Counted from the first letter of the stretch, positions 27,533-38,963 are shown. The stretch: DNA of 64,000 nucleotides from Escherichia coli (GCF_003334305.1 NZ_QOWS01000007.1); one strand, 5' to 3'. Notes: generated by a model from the letters alone, not told the origin. Program-made: numbers and translations.

Positions 27533-28585
27533 TCACCCCCATTCCCGCATCCGCTGATGCAACGTCAACGACGGCTTCTCGGCAAACAGCTGCTGGTAAT
27601 CCGTGGCAAATTGCCCCAGATGCCAGAATCCCCACTGCATGGCGGCGTCTTTTACCGTTGTGCTTTGCGACCACGGGCTTATCAGTTCGCGGCGTACGGC
27701 GTTCAGGCGAATGCGTTTCAGCCACGCGTTTGGGCCAATGCCTAAAATAGCGTGAAACGCGTTTTGTAGCGTGCGGCGACTGACATGCAGTTGATTACAC
27801 AAGTCCAGCACCGTCACCGGCTCAGACATATTTTCCAGCACATATTCACGGGCGCGGGAAAGTAATCTACGGTAACTCTGATGACTGATGCTTTCCGCCG
27901 TCACCATTGGTTGCGCGTCTTCCAGCATCGCCCCCATCGCCATTAGCAAATTATCCCCCAGCACTTTTCGCACTGCAGGCTGATGGAGATTTTCCGGGTT
28001 CTCGCAAAACGTCGCCAGCGCCTGTTGGACAAAGCCCCACAGCGCGGCTTTATGCTGCTCTTTCACTTCCAGCGCCGACTGGCTACGCAGCATATGTAAT
28101 ACCCGATCCGGGTTATGCAAAAAGTTAGCCTGCCGGGTGATGACATCTTCAGAAAGCACCACGCCCAGGATCGTGTAATCATCCGGCGTGCTCAGTTCAA
28201 ATTCAGTGCCACCAGGGCGGGTGGCGATTTCCGCGCTTCCCAGACATTGCGAACCGATAAATCCCTGCTCACCGCGCGTCGCCGGAATGCCAAACCAGAA
28301 CGAGTTCGGCCAGACCAGGCACGACTGACGCAGCGCCAGACCGGTGTATTCACGAAAAACCTGAATATCATCGAGTAGAATTTCCGTAAATTCACCATGA
28401 AACTTGCCCGGATGCAACTGATCGTAAATCTGCTGCCAGGCGGTAATCGTTAAAGCATGTTCATAGACATCCGTTGTCTGTCGTTGATGAACATTATCCA
28501 CTTCGACCTTCGGCGTGAGCTTCAGGTTTTCGGGTAAGGGTTCATGATAAAGATGGTGCAAATTGGCTGTACGGGTCTTTTTCAT
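27533..28585 (-). CDS. eutR: AraC-family activator of the eut operon
   Basis: 350-aa ORF with C-terminal AraC-type HTH; last gene of the eut cluster; matches E. coli EutR. Confidence 0.95.
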   Translation of the reverse strand: MKKTRTANLHHLYHEPLPENLKLTPKVEVDNVHQRQTTDVYEHALTITAWQQIYDQLHPGKFHGEFTEILLDDIQVFREYTGLALRQSCLVWPNSFWFGIPATRGEQGFIGSQCLGSAEIATRPGGTEFELSTPDDYTILGVVLSEDVITRQANFLHNPDRVLHMLRSQSALEVKEQHKAALWGFVQQALATFCENPENLHQPAVRKVLGDNLLMAMGAMLEDAQPMVTAESISHQSYRRLLSRAREYVLENMSEPVTVLDLCNQLHVSRRTLQNAFHAILGIGPNAWLKRIRLNAVRRELISPWSQSTTVKDAAMQWGFWHLGQFATDYQQLFAEKPSLTLHQRMREWG

Positions 28586-28630
28586 GATGTTAATGCCGGG
28601 TGTTGTAGGACACCCGGCACCTCCGACAGG

Positions 28631-29131
28631 TTAATGGGGCTTGAGACGATAACGACTACTGCGTTTACGTAACGTCCCGGCAGAAAAGAGCTGTTCGAGC
28701 GCATTTCTGGCTTTTTCCAGCGGCCAGCCAAAGTGGGCAGCCACTTCTCCTGCCGTCATTCCCTGACGTACTGATGTTAACAGCGCCAACAACTCGTCAG
28801 CAGATTCCGCGACGATAACTGGCGCGTCGGGTTCCCTTACGGGTTGATTCGGCTGGCGGTTAAAGCCAGTAACCAGCCACTGGGTGTCATCGTCTGGCCG
28901 ACCGATCTCCTTGCGGCTGATGACACGCCCGGTACGCATCGCGGCAGCACAACCTGCGTCCAGCGCCGCACGACACGCCGCCAGATCGCCTTCCACCACC
29001 AGCGTTAAGCGACCAGGGTCAAGCACTTCGTGACTGAGCAGACGAACGTTAGCTGCTTTGAGCATGGCATCCGCTGCATCTATCGCGGCGACCATGCCGT
29101 CCACTTCCAGCAATCCCAGTGCATTGATCAT
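28631..29131 (-). CDS. eutK: Eut microcompartment shell protein with C-terminal nucleic-acid-binding-like domain
   Basis: BMC-domain N-terminus (MINALGLLEVDGMVAAIDAADAMLKAANV); ATG start at 29129-29131 with GGAGG RBS preferred over the track's TTG extension. Confidence 0.9.
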   Translation of the reverse strand: MINALGLLEVDGMVAAIDAADAMLKAANVRLLSHEVLDPGRLTLVVEGDLAACRAALDAGCAAAMRTGRVISRKEIGRPDDDTQWLVTGFNRQPNQPVREPDAPVIVAESADELLALLTSVRQGMTAGEVAAHFGWPLEKARNALEQLFSAGTLRKRSSRYRLKPH

Positions 29132-29143
29132 CGGCAACCTCCG

Positions 29144-29803
29144 TTACGCACGCTGGATTGGATTACGCGCGATTTCCAGCACTGCATCGGTAAAGGCGTT
29201 ACAGGCTGCTTTACACGCGGCCTGGCTACCGGTTAAAAATGCTGCCGAGTAGTTGGTTTCAGACGGTGGCGGGACATAGGTCACCAGCTGTACGTCGGCA
29301 GATTTCAACGCTGCATCAATGCCATAGGTCGCTTCCAGCGGCGGTGCCACCAGATACGCCATCGGATCGCCAAGCGTGATCCCGGCGGTTGATGAGAGAT
29401 AAGAACCGGTACGCGAAACCACATGCGCCAGGAAGGCGGTGTTTTCTGCGTCATTGGCCCACTGGAATGCTGCACCATTTTCAATATGTGCAACCATCGC
29501 ATCCAGACCGGCACGCACTTCCGCCGGGTTTGGCCCACCAAGCATAATCAGCACTTCACCGGCAGTCGGTGACGGGCCGTGTGCAGCGCCCGCATACAGC
29601 GAGCGACCATATACCACTTCCACCATCGCCTGCTTGGTCGCTTCATCAGCGGCAATGTAGGTGACGTCATCGGAATCAGCAGAAATCAGCCCGAGGCTAC
29701 GAATATGCGGCGGCAATTTTAGTTCACGCGCAAATTCAGCGTTAACGGAGGCAATCACCCGCATGGCGGTTACCGACGGTCGAATCAAATCTAAAGCTGG
29801 CAT
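29144..29803 (-). CDS. eutL: Eut microcompartment shell protein, tandem-BMC type
   Basis: 219-aa ORF matching E. coli EutL. Confidence 0.95.
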   Translation of the reverse strand: MPALDLIRPSVTAMRVIASVNAEFARELKLPPHIRSLGLISADSDDVTYIAADEATKQAMVEVVYGRSLYAGAAHGPSPTAGEVLIMLGGPNPAEVRAGLDAMVAHIENGAAFQWANDAENTAFLAHVVSRTGSYLSSTAGITLGDPMAYLVAPPLEATYGIDAALKSADVQLVTYVPPPSETNYSAAFLTGSQAACKAACNAFTDAVLEIARNPIQRA

Positions 29804-29812
29804 GATGCCTCC

Positions 29813-30700
29813 TTATCGGGTCATGTTGATGCCGGATGCTTTCTGCTCCAGCATACGTTTCGCCAAATCCACAATGACGGCTGCGGCTTCAACCGGCGGC
29901 GTGCCGCCCTGGTGAATGTTAGAGATACAGGTGCGATCGGCCTCAACGGTGGTCGCCATACGCGGCGAGTAAACGGCGTAGCAGGAGAGGCTTTCTGACT
30001 GCCCTAACCCCGGACGTTCCCCCACCAGCAGGATCACCACTTTCGCGCCGAGGATCTCACCGATCTGATCTTCAATCTTCACGCGACCATAACGAACAAA
30101 GAATGGCGTGCCGACTTTCAGCCCGGCCTGTTTCAGGCCCGCCATCAGCGGCGGCAGGATCTCTTCGTAGTTCACGGTGATGGCATCAGTTGACAGGCCA
30201 TCAGAAATAACGACCTGTACGTCCGGATTAGCAACACACTGTGCTTTCAGCGCTTCAACAGCTTCTGCACACAGGCGGCGGCCCATATCCGGGCGAGTCA
30301 GGTAGAGATTTTTGTCGCTAATTTCGGAGCGTACTTCCAGCAAGCCCTGCGCTTTCACCCACTCTTCCGGCACTTCTTTCAGTACGGTATCTTTCGAACG
30401 AGAGTGATCGGCCAGGAAACGCAGCAACGCCTGCGTACGCGGACGCGGACCGGCACGACCGGTACAAACGCGGGCCACGGTGCTGCGACGCAGTTCTGTT
30501 AATACGTCTGCGCGATGCGGGTTTTCAACACCAATCCACGCTTTTGCTTCCGCAGAACCTAAATCCAGCGCGCAGCTTTCCGAGGTCACCGGTGCCGCAC
30601 AGGTGGTGGTGGCGCACTTTGCTTCTGACGGCGCGGGGGCCGTTTGTCCCATTGACGCCATCACGCTGCGTACAATTTCTTCAATCTGTTTTTGATCCAT
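29813..30700 (-). CDS. eutC: Ethanolamine ammonia-lyase small subunit
   Basis: 295-aa ORF matching E. coli EutC. Confidence 0.96.
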   Translation of the reverse strand: MDQKQIEEIVRSVMASMGQTAPAPSEAKCATTTCAAPVTSESCALDLGSAEAKAWIGVENPHRADVLTELRRSTVARVCTGRAGPRPRTQALLRFLADHSRSKDTVLKEVPEEWVKAQGLLEVRSEISDKNLYLTRPDMGRRLCAEAVEALKAQCVANPDVQVVISDGLSTDAITVNYEEILPPLMAGLKQAGLKVGTPFFVRYGRVKIEDQIGEILGAKVVILLVGERPGLGQSESLSCYAVYSPRMATTVEADRTCISNIHQGGTPPVEAAAVIVDLAKRMLEQKASGINMTR

Positions 30701-30720
30701 GATGTGTTATCTCCGCGTCA

Positions 30721-32082
30721 TCAGAAGAACAGTGACGGATCGCCCGCCCGTTTGGTCAGGCGACCGTTTGCCATAATGCCCATGCTTTCCAGCCAGCGTT
30801 CAAACTCTGGTGACGGGCGCAGGTTGAGTAACTGACGCACAGTGGCGGTATCGTGGAATGCGGTGGTCTGGTAGTTGAGCATGATGTCATCACCCAGCGG
30901 CATCCCCATGATGTAGTTGCAGCCTGCGGTGGCGAGCAGGATCATCAGGTTTTCGTTGAGGTTCTGGTCAGCGTCAGCGTGGTTGGTGTAGCAGCAGTCA
31001 CAGCCCATAGAGATGCCGCTCAGCTTGCCCATAAAGTGATCTTCTAAGCCAGCACGGATAATCTGGCGGTCGTTGTAGAGATACTCCGGCCCAATAAAGC
31101 CGACCACGGTGTTGACGATAAACGGATCGTAATGACGCGCCAGCCCATAGTTACGTGCTTCCATCGTCACCTGGTCAGCGCCGAAGTTAGCGCCAGCGGA
31201 TAGCGCAGAGCCTTGTCCGGTTTCGAAGTAGAGGCAGTTTTCCCCGGCGATACGGTTGAACTCTGCACCCACTGCGCGCGCTTCGTCGAGCATCGCCAGT
31301 TCCACGCCAAACTCTTTCAGCCCTTTTTCGCTGCCACAGATACTCTGGAAAATCAGTCCGCCAGGCGCGCCGCGACGAATCGCTTCGATCTGGGTGGTGA
31401 CGTGCGCCAGTACGCAGCCCTGAGTTGGGATGTTGAATTTGTCGATCACGCCGTAAATGGTGTCCAACACGCGGCTTAAGTTTTCCACGTCGTCAGTCAC
31501 CGGGTTAACGCCGATCACCGCATCGCCCACCCCGAAGGAAAGCCCTTCGTAGATTTGCGCGGCGATACTTTGCACGTCGTCACGGGTGTCATTTGGCTGC
31601 AAACGGGCGCTGAAGGTGCCCGGAATACCAATGGTGGTATTGGCCTTTTTGATTACCGGCATTTTCTTCGCGCCGTAGATCAGGTCCGCGTTGGAGCAAA
31701 TCTTCGCTACCGCCGCGACCACTTCCGAGGTCAGCCCTTTGCGGGTAAAGGCAATGTCGTCCACGCTGGTTTCATCGCTCAGCACATACTCACGCAGTTC
31801 GCTGATGCTCCAGTTTTTAATCTGGTTGTAGGCCGTTTCGTTAACATCGTCCTGAATCAGCCGCGTCACGCAGTCATCTTCATAGGCAATCACCGGATTA
31901 TTGCGGATGTCCGCTACGGTCATTTCCGACAACACCTGCTTTGCCGCCACGCGCTCCTGTGAGCTTGCCGCTGCAACGCCCGCCAGCACATCCCCCGAAC
32001 GCAGTTCGTTGGCTTTAGCCAGCACCTCTTTTACATCCTTAAACTGATATACATTGCCGAACAATGTGGTCTTTAGTTTCAT
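30721..32082 (-). CDS. eutB: Ethanolamine ammonia-lyase large subunit
   Basis: 453-aa ORF matching E. coli EutB. Confidence 0.97.
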   Translation of the reverse strand: MKLKTTLFGNVYQFKDVKEVLAKANELRSGDVLAGVAAASSQERVAAKQVLSEMTVADIRNNPVIAYEDDCVTRLIQDDVNETAYNQIKNWSISELREYVLSDETSVDDIAFTRKGLTSEVVAAVAKICSNADLIYGAKKMPVIKKANTTIGIPGTFSARLQPNDTRDDVQSIAAQIYEGLSFGVGDAVIGVNPVTDDVENLSRVLDTIYGVIDKFNIPTQGCVLAHVTTQIEAIRRGAPGGLIFQSICGSEKGLKEFGVELAMLDEARAVGAEFNRIAGENCLYFETGQGSALSAGANFGADQVTMEARNYGLARHYDPFIVNTVVGFIGPEYLYNDRQIIRAGLEDHFMGKLSGISMGCDCCYTNHADADQNLNENLMILLATAGCNYIMGMPLGDDIMLNYQTTAFHDTATVRQLLNLRPSPEFERWLESMGIMANGRLTKRAGDPSLFF

Positions 32083-32093
32083 AAGTCGTTCCC

Positions 32094-33497
32094 TCAGGAA
32101 GGAAATGCGAGTGATTTCACCGTCACCGGCACAACCGATCCGCCAAAAAGAGGCGTACCAATGTCGATATAGTCCCCCGCGCGGACAATCACTTCGTCAA
32201 TGACTGCCAACGGGAGTTGTTGTAGCTGTGGGCGCAACAACATGCCCAGAGCTTTACCAAAGTCCTGCCCGGCCACCACCAGCAGGGGATGCGGATTCGG
32301 AAAACGCGCGACGAAATCGACCAGCGCGTTGATGACCGTCAGTACCGCGGCGTAACGCACAGGCAGCGAGGCGGGAAGCGCCAGCACGTACGCGTCAGTT
32401 TTGGGATCAAGATCCAGCTGAAGCAGCGCCTGTTGCCAGGCACTCACCAGATCCGTTTCATCAATCGGGATCGCCACCGGCAAATTGCGCAGCGGCAGTT
32501 GTACGCCCTCCAGCCAGATTGTGCTGCCAGAGAGCGAAAGGGTATGTGCACCCGCGCCAATCACCGTGGCGCGTACGGTTTGCGCCGGAAACTGCACATT
32601 CATCTCACGCAGGCGCGGATGGTCATGCAGCGCCGTTGCCAGAAGTGGGCCAATATCGGCAAAACAGAACGGGTCGGCGGGCTGGTGGCGATAACATTCG
32701 CCCACGCCTCCAGAAAGCGTAATGATTTCGGGCGTAACACCTGCGGGCAGCAAACCGGTTTGCATCAATGCCTGCGCGAGCGGCGAAAGCGTTCCGTCAA
32801 TCACTTCGACAATCAGCGCCGCCATCCGCCGGGTAACCTGCACCAGCTGCGCGCCGGTCAGCGAACGGGCGTCAGTGCCTGCACCGAAGCACTCATCCAC
32901 AATCATCTGCCCCGGTTTATGAGCGTAAACCACGCGCCCCTGGCTGTCGGTTTCCAGCAGGCGACCACCGACGTTGAGACAGGCAGTGCCGCTGATTTTT
33001 CCGGCATCGAACAGGGCGTAGTTCGCGGTGCCACCGCCGATGTCGATATTCAGTACCCGACACAGCCGTTGTTCAGAAAGGGTTTGCGCCCCAGCTCCGT
33101 GACCGGCGATCACGGATTCGAGGTGCGGCCCGGCGCTGGCAACGACAAAATCCCCCAGCGATTGAGAGAGCGCCATCACCGCCGGGCGAGCATTGCGGGT
33201 TTTCGCGCTTTCACCGGTGATGATGATGGCACCAGAATCAACGCTTTCCGGCGCAATACCCGCAGCCTGATATTGCTCGAGTATTAAGGTTTTCAGTTCC
33301 GCTTCTTTTAAACCGCCCTGTTTATCGACAGGGGTAAAGAACACCGGACTTTGCCAGCTAATTTCGCGTTTAATGAATTCGTAGCGCGGCACCTGCGACA
33401 CCGCCGCACGGTTAACCAGCTCCAGGTGGGAGAAAATCACCTGGGTGGTGGTGGTGCCGATATCGATACCGACGCTCAATAGCTGGCGAGTGTTCAC
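32094..33497 (-). CDS. eutA: Ethanolamine ammonia-lyase reactivating factor
   Basis: 467-aa ORF matching E. coli EutA; only 11 bp separate it from eutB. Confidence 0.96.
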   Translation of the reverse strand: MNTRQLLSVGIDIGTTTTQVIFSHLELVNRAAVSQVPRYEFIKREISWQSPVFFTPVDKQGGLKEAELKTLILEQYQAAGIAPESVDSGAIIITGESAKTRNARPAVMALSQSLGDFVVASAGPHLESVIAGHGAGAQTLSEQRLCRVLNIDIGGGTANYALFDAGKISGTACLNVGGRLLETDSQGRVVYAHKPGQMIVDECFGAGTDARSLTGAQLVQVTRRMAALIVEVIDGTLSPLAQALMQTGLLPAGVTPEIITLSGGVGECYRHQPADPFCFADIGPLLATALHDHPRLREMNVQFPAQTVRATVIGAGAHTLSLSGSTIWLEGVQLPLRNLPVAIPIDETDLVSAWQQALLQLDLDPKTDAYVLALPASLPVRYAAVLTVINALVDFVARFPNPHPLLVVAGQDFGKALGMLLRPQLQQLPLAVIDEVIVRAGDYIDIGTPLFGGSVVPVTVKSLAFPS

Positions 33498-34720
33498 GAT
33501 TGTGCCTCCGCTTCGGTTTTAGTCGCGGTCGCGTCTTCTTTTGGCACCAGCATCATCGCCACGCCAATCGCCGTTACGCCGCCGATCAACTTGCCGACAA
33601 TCATCGGGAAGATCATGGCGTTCATGTTGGCAGCGGCGAAGCCTAAGTGGTCGCCCAGGGCGAAAGCAGCGGAAACGGCGAAGGCGCAGTTGATGACTTT
33701 GCCGCGGGTATCCATCTGCTTCATCATGCCGAACATCGGGATGTTGTTGGCAAGCGTTGCCACCATGCCGGCTGCCGCGATGTTGTTCATATTCAGTACT
33801 TTACCGACGCTCATCAGCGGTTTTTCAAACCAGCGAGTCAGCAGCAGCACCATTGGATACGCCCCTAACAGCACGCAGGAGATAGAACCGATAACTTCAA
33901 TGGCGCGCATCACTTCACCGGGTTTATCGCCAGGGGCCATAAAGATAGGATCCAGACCGGGGATCAGTTCCCAGCCAAGCAGGAATTTCACTACCGCAGC
34001 GGCAAGACCGAGGGTGATCAATGCAACGAGGAATTTGGCGAAGATCTGGAAGCCGTTGATCATTTTTTCCGGGATGAATTTCAGCCCCAGCGCCACCAGA
34101 ATCGCAACAATGATCACCGGGATCATGTTCATCAGGATCAGGGCGAAAGTGAATTCCACCGGCTGACCGTTGATCTGCACACCGGAGTACATAGCAACCA
34201 GACCACCAGCAATACAGCCAATCGGAATGGTCACAATGCCCGCCAGCACGCCGAGCGCCAGATAACGACGATCAGAAGGTTCGATAATGCCGAGCGCCAC
34301 CGGAATGGAAAACACAATCGTTGGCCCCATCATCGACCCGAGAATTAACCCAGAGTATAGCCACGCTGCTACGTCGCCGCCCGCCAGCTCTTTGGCGAGG
34401 AAGAAGCCGCCCATATCGCACGCCAGCAGCGTTCCGGCGAACATTGACGGGTTTGCGCCGAGCATTTCGTAAACCGGGATAATTACCGGCCCGAGTACGT
34501 GAGCCAGTACCGGTGCCAGCGCGGTCATACCGACCATCGCCAGACCCAGAGCGCCCATTGCCATAAAGCCTTCTTCGAACTGACCGCCAGATCCTTCGAT
34601 ACTTTTACCGAACTTACCGAGGAAACGAGCAGAACCGCCGAACTGCGACAGGATCCTGTCTACGGCAGCTATCAGCATAAAGAACATCATGATGTACATG
34701 ATGATTTCGTTAATTCCCAT
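33494..34720 (-). CDS. eutH: Ethanolamine permease / facilitator
   Basis: 408-aa polytopic membrane ORF matching E. coli EutH; 4-nt overlap with eutA. Confidence 0.95.
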   Translation of the reverse strand: MGINEIIMYIMMFFMLIAAVDRILSQFGGSARFLGKFGKSIEGSGGQFEEGFMAMGALGLAMVGMTALAPVLAHVLGPVIIPVYEMLGANPSMFAGTLLACDMGGFFLAKELAGGDVAAWLYSGLILGSMMGPTIVFSIPVALGIIEPSDRRYLALGVLAGIVTIPIGCIAGGLVAMYSGVQINGQPVEFTFALILMNMIPVIIVAILVALGLKFIPEKMINGFQIFAKFLVALITLGLAAAVVKFLLGWELIPGLDPIFMAPGDKPGEVMRAIEVIGSISCVLLGAYPMVLLLTRWFEKPLMSVGKVLNMNNIAAAGMVATLANNIPMFGMMKQMDTRGKVINCAFAVSAAFALGDHLGFAAANMNAMIFPMIVGKLIGGVTAIGVAMMLVPKEDATATKTEAEAQS

Positions 34721-34750
34721 CGCCTTTACTCCCTGTTAGTTGTTATTTAT

Positions 34751-34836
<86 letters not shown>

Positions 34837-36024
34837 TTATTGCGCCGCTGCGTACAAGCCGACAATCTGCTCCAGGCTGGCGGTACGCGGGTTGCTGCGC
34901 AGACAAATATCTTCCTGCGCGGCCTGCGCCCATGCACCGTAATGCGCAGATGTCGCGCCAACATCGCCCAGTCGTTTACCAATCCCAACTTCCGCAATCA
35001 GCTCACTTACCGCGTTAATAGCGTCATGATCGTCGGATTTTTTAGTTCGCAGTGCCCGACCAATCTGACTAAAGCGTTCACGACAAACCATCCGGTTAAA
35101 TTCCATCACTGTTGGCAGCAACATGGCGTTCGCCAGACCGTGCGGAATATGCAGCGCCGCGCCCGGCTGATGCGCCATCGCGTGGCACAACCCAAGACCC
35201 GCACTGGAAAACGCCATTCCCGCCATACATGAAGCCAGCAACATGCTCTCGCGCGCGGCAAGGTCGTGACCGTAGCCCACCGCTTTCGGCAGCGATTTGC
35301 CAATCATCGCAATGGCACCAATCGCCAGACTGTCGGTAAACGGTGTAGCGTTCAGGGCGCTGTATGCTTCAATGGCATGGGTTAACGCATCAATGCCGGT
35401 CATCGCCGTGACATGCGACGGCACACCTTCGGTCAATGCGGCGTCGAGGATCGCCACATCCGGCATCAGCGAGGCATGGGCTAACACCTGCTTGCGCCCG
35501 CTCACCGCGTCGATAATCACCGTTACATTGGTGGTTTCAGAGCCGGTTCCGGCGGTAGTTGGAATGGCAATCAGCGGCAAGCGCGGTTGCAGAACGCTGG
35601 TTTCTGACATCTCTGCCAGCGTGCTATCCGGGTTCGTCACCAGCAACGCCACGGCTTTCGCCGCATCCAGCACCGAGCCGCCGCCAAATGCGATCACCCC
35701 GTCACAACCTGACTCACGCAACTGCGCCACGGCTGCACACACGTCGGTAATGCACGGTTCGCCCACCGGACATAGCCAGAGCGTCATGGCGATACCTTTA
35801 ACGGCCAGGCTACGCGTCAGCCCGGCGGTCATCCCTGCCTGATGCAAAAAGCTGTCTGCCATCACGAACAGATGTTTCAGCCCACGCGTTTGCGCTTGCT
35901 GTCCGCAACTGCTCACCGAGCCCGGACCGCAAAGCGTCACCGGTGGAACGCTAAATGTTTTTACCCGTTGCAGATTCAGGGTATCGAACGCCTGAAAGAG
36001 CGCGGTCTGCAATTCATTTTGCAT
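34837..36024 (-). CDS. eutG: Iron-containing alcohol dehydrogenase of the eut pathway
   Basis: 395-aa ORF from MQNELQTALFQAF matching E. coli EutG; the track's 9-codon extension is rejected. Confidence 0.93.
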   Translation of the reverse strand: MQNELQTALFQAFDTLNLQRVKTFSVPPVTLCGPGSVSSCGQQAQTRGLKHLFVMADSFLHQAGMTAGLTRSLAVKGIAMTLWLCPVGEPCITDVCAAVAQLRESGCDGVIAFGGGSVLDAAKAVALLVTNPDSTLAEMSETSVLQPRLPLIAIPTTAGTGSETTNVTVIIDAVSGRKQVLAHASLMPDVAILDAALTEGVPSHVTAMTGIDALTHAIEAYSALNATPFTDSLAIGAIAMIGKSLPKAVGYGHDLAARESMLLASCMAGMAFSSAGLGLCHAMAHQPGAALHIPHGLANAMLLPTVMEFNRMVCRERFSQIGRALRTKKSDDHDAINAVSELIAEVGIGKRLGDVGATSAHYGAWAQAAQEDICLRSNPRTASLEQIVGLYAAAQ

Positions 36025-36850
36025 ATAGCCCCTCCGCTTTCTCTCGCCCACTACTGGCGATCGCCAGCGGGGTCATAAACAAACTGTGCTGCGGTAAATG
36101 CACCTGTAACGCCGGGAATTGTTTGCGAAACAGTTCCGCCACGCCCGGTTGCATACAAGAGCCGCCCGCCAGCCATAAATCAGTAATGCCCTGCCCTTCA
36201 ATATGCCGGGCGACAATGTCCGCCATTTTTTCGTACACCGGTTTCACCGCGGGCCAAATCTCGTCACCATGACCGCGCTTGTACTGCTCTGCCTCTTCCA
36301 GCGAAATACGACGATTTCCGGCGAGAGTCAGAGAGATGTGATGTCCGCCGGTGGCTTCATCCGCCGAGTACGTCACCTTGCCCTTTTTCACGATGGCAAT
36401 GCCGGTAGTGCCGCCGCCGATATCCACTACACCGGCGTTGTCCAGTTGCAGCAGATCCGCGACTGCGGTTGGCTCATCCAGCACATGGCTCACTTCCAGC
36501 CCGGCAGATTCCAGCACGTTGATGGAAATACGCGGGTCCGTACCTGGAGGAAATGAAGTCGCCGCATGGCTAAAACGAAGACCGAATTGCTGCTCAAGAG
36601 TGTCGAGATGGCGACGAACAATGGTGACCGCACCGAAGAAATCCCAGACGATGCCGTCGCGGACCACATCGGCCCAGTCGAGGCATACCGCCACCGGCTG
36701 ACCGTCGCGGTCAACAACCATCGACACCACATCGCAGGTGCCCAGATCCACCCCCAGCCACAGCGGAGATTCCGTCGCGGCAGGCGTCTGGTTACACAGC
36801 GTTGCCGCCGTTTGCAGACGTGGGGTGAGCCATTGTTCGTCGTGCGCCAT
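36014..36850 (-). CDS. eutJ: Eut chaperonin-like protein (actin/Hsp70-fold)
   Basis: 278-aa ORF matching E. coli EutJ; 11-nt overlap with eutG. Confidence 0.94.
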   Translation of the reverse strand: MAHDEQWLTPRLQTAATLCNQTPAATESPLWLGVDLGTCDVVSMVVDRDGQPVAVCLDWADVVRDGIVWDFFGAVTIVRRHLDTLEQQFGLRFSHAATSFPPGTDPRISINVLESAGLEVSHVLDEPTAVADLLQLDNAGVVDIGGGTTGIAIVKKGKVTYSADEATGGHHISLTLAGNRRISLEEAEQYKRGHGDEIWPAVKPVYEKMADIVARHIEGQGITDLWLAGGSCMQPGVAELFRKQFPALQVHLPQHSLFMTPLAIASSGREKAEGLYAK

Positions 36851-36860
36851 CGGTTACTCC

Positions 36861-38264
36861 TTAAACAATGCGAAACGCATCGACTAATACACAGCGACGC
36901 AGACGGACAAACGTCCGCGCGCTGGTTACCCCTTCACCGGTTGGCGTGGTGATGGTCATGGTGGTCCAGCCTTCCCCGCCCAGCCCCAGCCCGGCAATGC
37001 ACGGTCCGTTCTTAACGAAAATGCTGGTATCAATGGCGTTCGCCATCTGGTTCATGTTTTCGATATTGCGCGAGTGCATTGCCGCCGTGTGGTGGCAACC
37101 GCCCTCCAGTTTCACCGCCAGCGCAATGGCATCCGCCACGTTGGCGACGCGCACGACGGGCAGCACCGGCATCATCAGTTCGGTCACGGCAAACGGATGT
37201 TCTGCAGTGGTTTCCACAAACAGCAAACGCGTTTCTTGCGGCACGTTCAGGCCGATTGCCGCCGCGATTTTCGCCGCATCGCGACCAACCCAGTCACGGC
37301 TGACGGTGCCTTTTCCGCGCTCGTCGATATTTTTCAGCAACACCGGTTGCAGCTGCTGCGCCTGTTCTGCGGTCAGTTTCACCGCGTGCTGGCCTTCCAT
37401 CAGACGCATCAGTTCATCGGCTACGCTATCAACAACAATCAGTACCTTTTCGTCGGCACAAATGATGTTGTTATCGAAAGAAGCGCCTTTGACGATGGAC
37501 TGAGCGGCACGGGCGAGGTCGGCGGTTTCATCCACCACTACCGGCGGGTTGCCAGCGCCTGCGGCAATCAGACGTTTATTGGTGTGTTTACGCGCCGCTT
37601 CTACTACCGCTTCGCCGCCGGTTACCACCAGCAGGCCGATACCCGGAAACTTGAACAAGCGTTGCGCGGTTTCGATATCCGGATTTGCCACAGTAACCAG
37701 TAAGTTTTCCGGCCCACCTGCGGCAACAATCGCCTGGTTGAGCAGCGTAATCGCCCGCTGGGAGACTTTTTTCGCCGCCGGATGCGGGGCAAAAATGACG
37801 CTGTTGCCCGCGGCAATCAGGCTGATGGCGTTATTAATTACGGTTGCCGCCGGGTTAGTGGACGGAGTTACCGAAGCCACCACGCCCCAGGGTGCGTTTT
37901 CAATTAGGGTCAGGCCGTTGTCGCCAGTCAGCACTTGCGGAGAGAGGCACTCAACGCCTGGTGTGCCGCGCGCCTGAGCGACGTTTTTTGCAAATTTATC
38001 TTCAACGCGCCCCATGCCGGTTTCACTGACGGCAAGTTCCGCTAAATCTCTGGCGTGTTTTTCGCCTGCTTCACGAATGGCAGCAATGGCTAACTGGCGC
38101 ATTGCCACGCTTTTTAACCCTTGCTGGGCGACTTTGGCTGCCGCAACGGCGTCATCCAGGGACGCGAAAACGCCCATCTCATGAACGGCGGCGGACGGCG
38201 TGTCACTGCTTTGCATTTTCAGCAGTACCGCTTTCACCACCTGTTCAATATCCTGTTGATTCAT
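36861..38264 (-). CDS. eutE: CoA-acylating acetaldehyde dehydrogenase
   Basis: 467-aa aldehyde dehydrogenase-family ORF matching E. coli EutE. Confidence 0.96.
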   Translation of the reverse strand: MNQQDIEQVVKAVLLKMQSSDTPSAAVHEMGVFASLDDAVAAAKVAQQGLKSVAMRQLAIAAIREAGEKHARDLAELAVSETGMGRVEDKFAKNVAQARGTPGVECLSPQVLTGDNGLTLIENAPWGVVASVTPSTNPAATVINNAISLIAAGNSVIFAPHPAAKKVSQRAITLLNQAIVAAGGPENLLVTVANPDIETAQRLFKFPGIGLLVVTGGEAVVEAARKHTNKRLIAAGAGNPPVVVDETADLARAAQSIVKGASFDNNIICADEKVLIVVDSVADELMRLMEGQHAVKLTAEQAQQLQPVLLKNIDERGKGTVSRDWVGRDAAKIAAAIGLNVPQETRLLFVETTAEHPFAVTELMMPVLPVVRVANVADAIALAVKLEGGCHHTAAMHSRNIENMNQMANAIDTSIFVKNGPCIAGLGLGGEGWTTMTITTPTGEGVTSARTFVRLRRCVLVDAFRIV

Positions 38265-38275
38265 GATGTTCTGCC

Positions 38276-38563
38276 TTATTTGTGGAAAATTACCTGACCG
38301 CCAGACACCACCTCATCGACAATGCCAATCACGCACAGATCGACCGGTGACGTTTCGCTTTTATGCGCCTGGCGGGCGGAACTGCCACTCACCAGTAACA
38401 CCCACTCCCCGGTTCCCGCGCCAATATTGTCGATGGCGACGGCGCATTGCCCGTCAGGATTACCTTGTGGATCAATCATTTCCACCATCAGCAATTTGTC
38501 ATGCGCCAGTCCGTGATGGCGTACGGTACAAACAATTTGTCCAGTGACGACTGCCAGTTTCAT
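38276..38563 (-). CDS. eutN: Eut microcompartment vertex (pentameric) protein
   Basis: 95-aa EutN/CcmL-family ORF with GGAGG RBS; matches E. coli EutN. Confidence 0.95.
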   Translation of the reverse strand: MKLAVVTGQIVCTVRHHGLAHDKLLMVEMIDPQGNPDGQCAVAIDNIGAGTGEWVLLVSGSSARQAHKSETSPVDLCVIGIVDEVVSGGQVIFHK

Positions 38564-38669
38564 ACCCGCCTCCGTGGCGTATTTCAGGTAAAAGCTCCCC
38601 CTACCCTCCGCAGAAGGTAAAATGAAAAAGGAGAGAGCGTGACGCCCGAATCGACGTCACACAGGGTGA

Positions 38670-38963
38670 TTACAGGTTGCTGCTATCGCCTTTCAGGCCG
38701 ATCGGGAAGACTTCTTCCAGGTCGCCGTGCGGACGCGGGATAACGTGTACAGATACCAGCTCGCCGATACGCTGTGCCGCTGCGGCACCTGCATCGGTCG
38801 CGGCTTTACAGGCTGCAACATCACCACGAACCATGGCAGTACACAGGCCGCCGCCAATCTGCTTAACACCAACCAGCTTGACGCGCGCAGCTTTCACCAT
38901 CGCGTCAGAAGCCTCAATCAGTGCAACCAGGCCCCGGGTTTCGATCATTCCTAATGCTTCCAT
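38670..38963 (-). CDS. eutM: Eut microcompartment major shell protein (hexameric BMC)
   Basis: 97-aa ORF from [28 protein letters not shown]; the track's 14-codon extension is rejected. Confidence 0.95.
   Translation of the reverse strand: MEALGMIETRGLVALIEASDAMVKAARVKLVGVKQIGGGLCTAMVRGDVAACKAATDAGAAAAQRIGELVSVHVIPRPHGDLEEVFPIGLKGDSSNL

Noticed and set aside
32289-33287. 332-aa plus-strand ORF inside eutA
   Set aside because: Antisense shadow ORF with an arginine-rich, low-complexity product.
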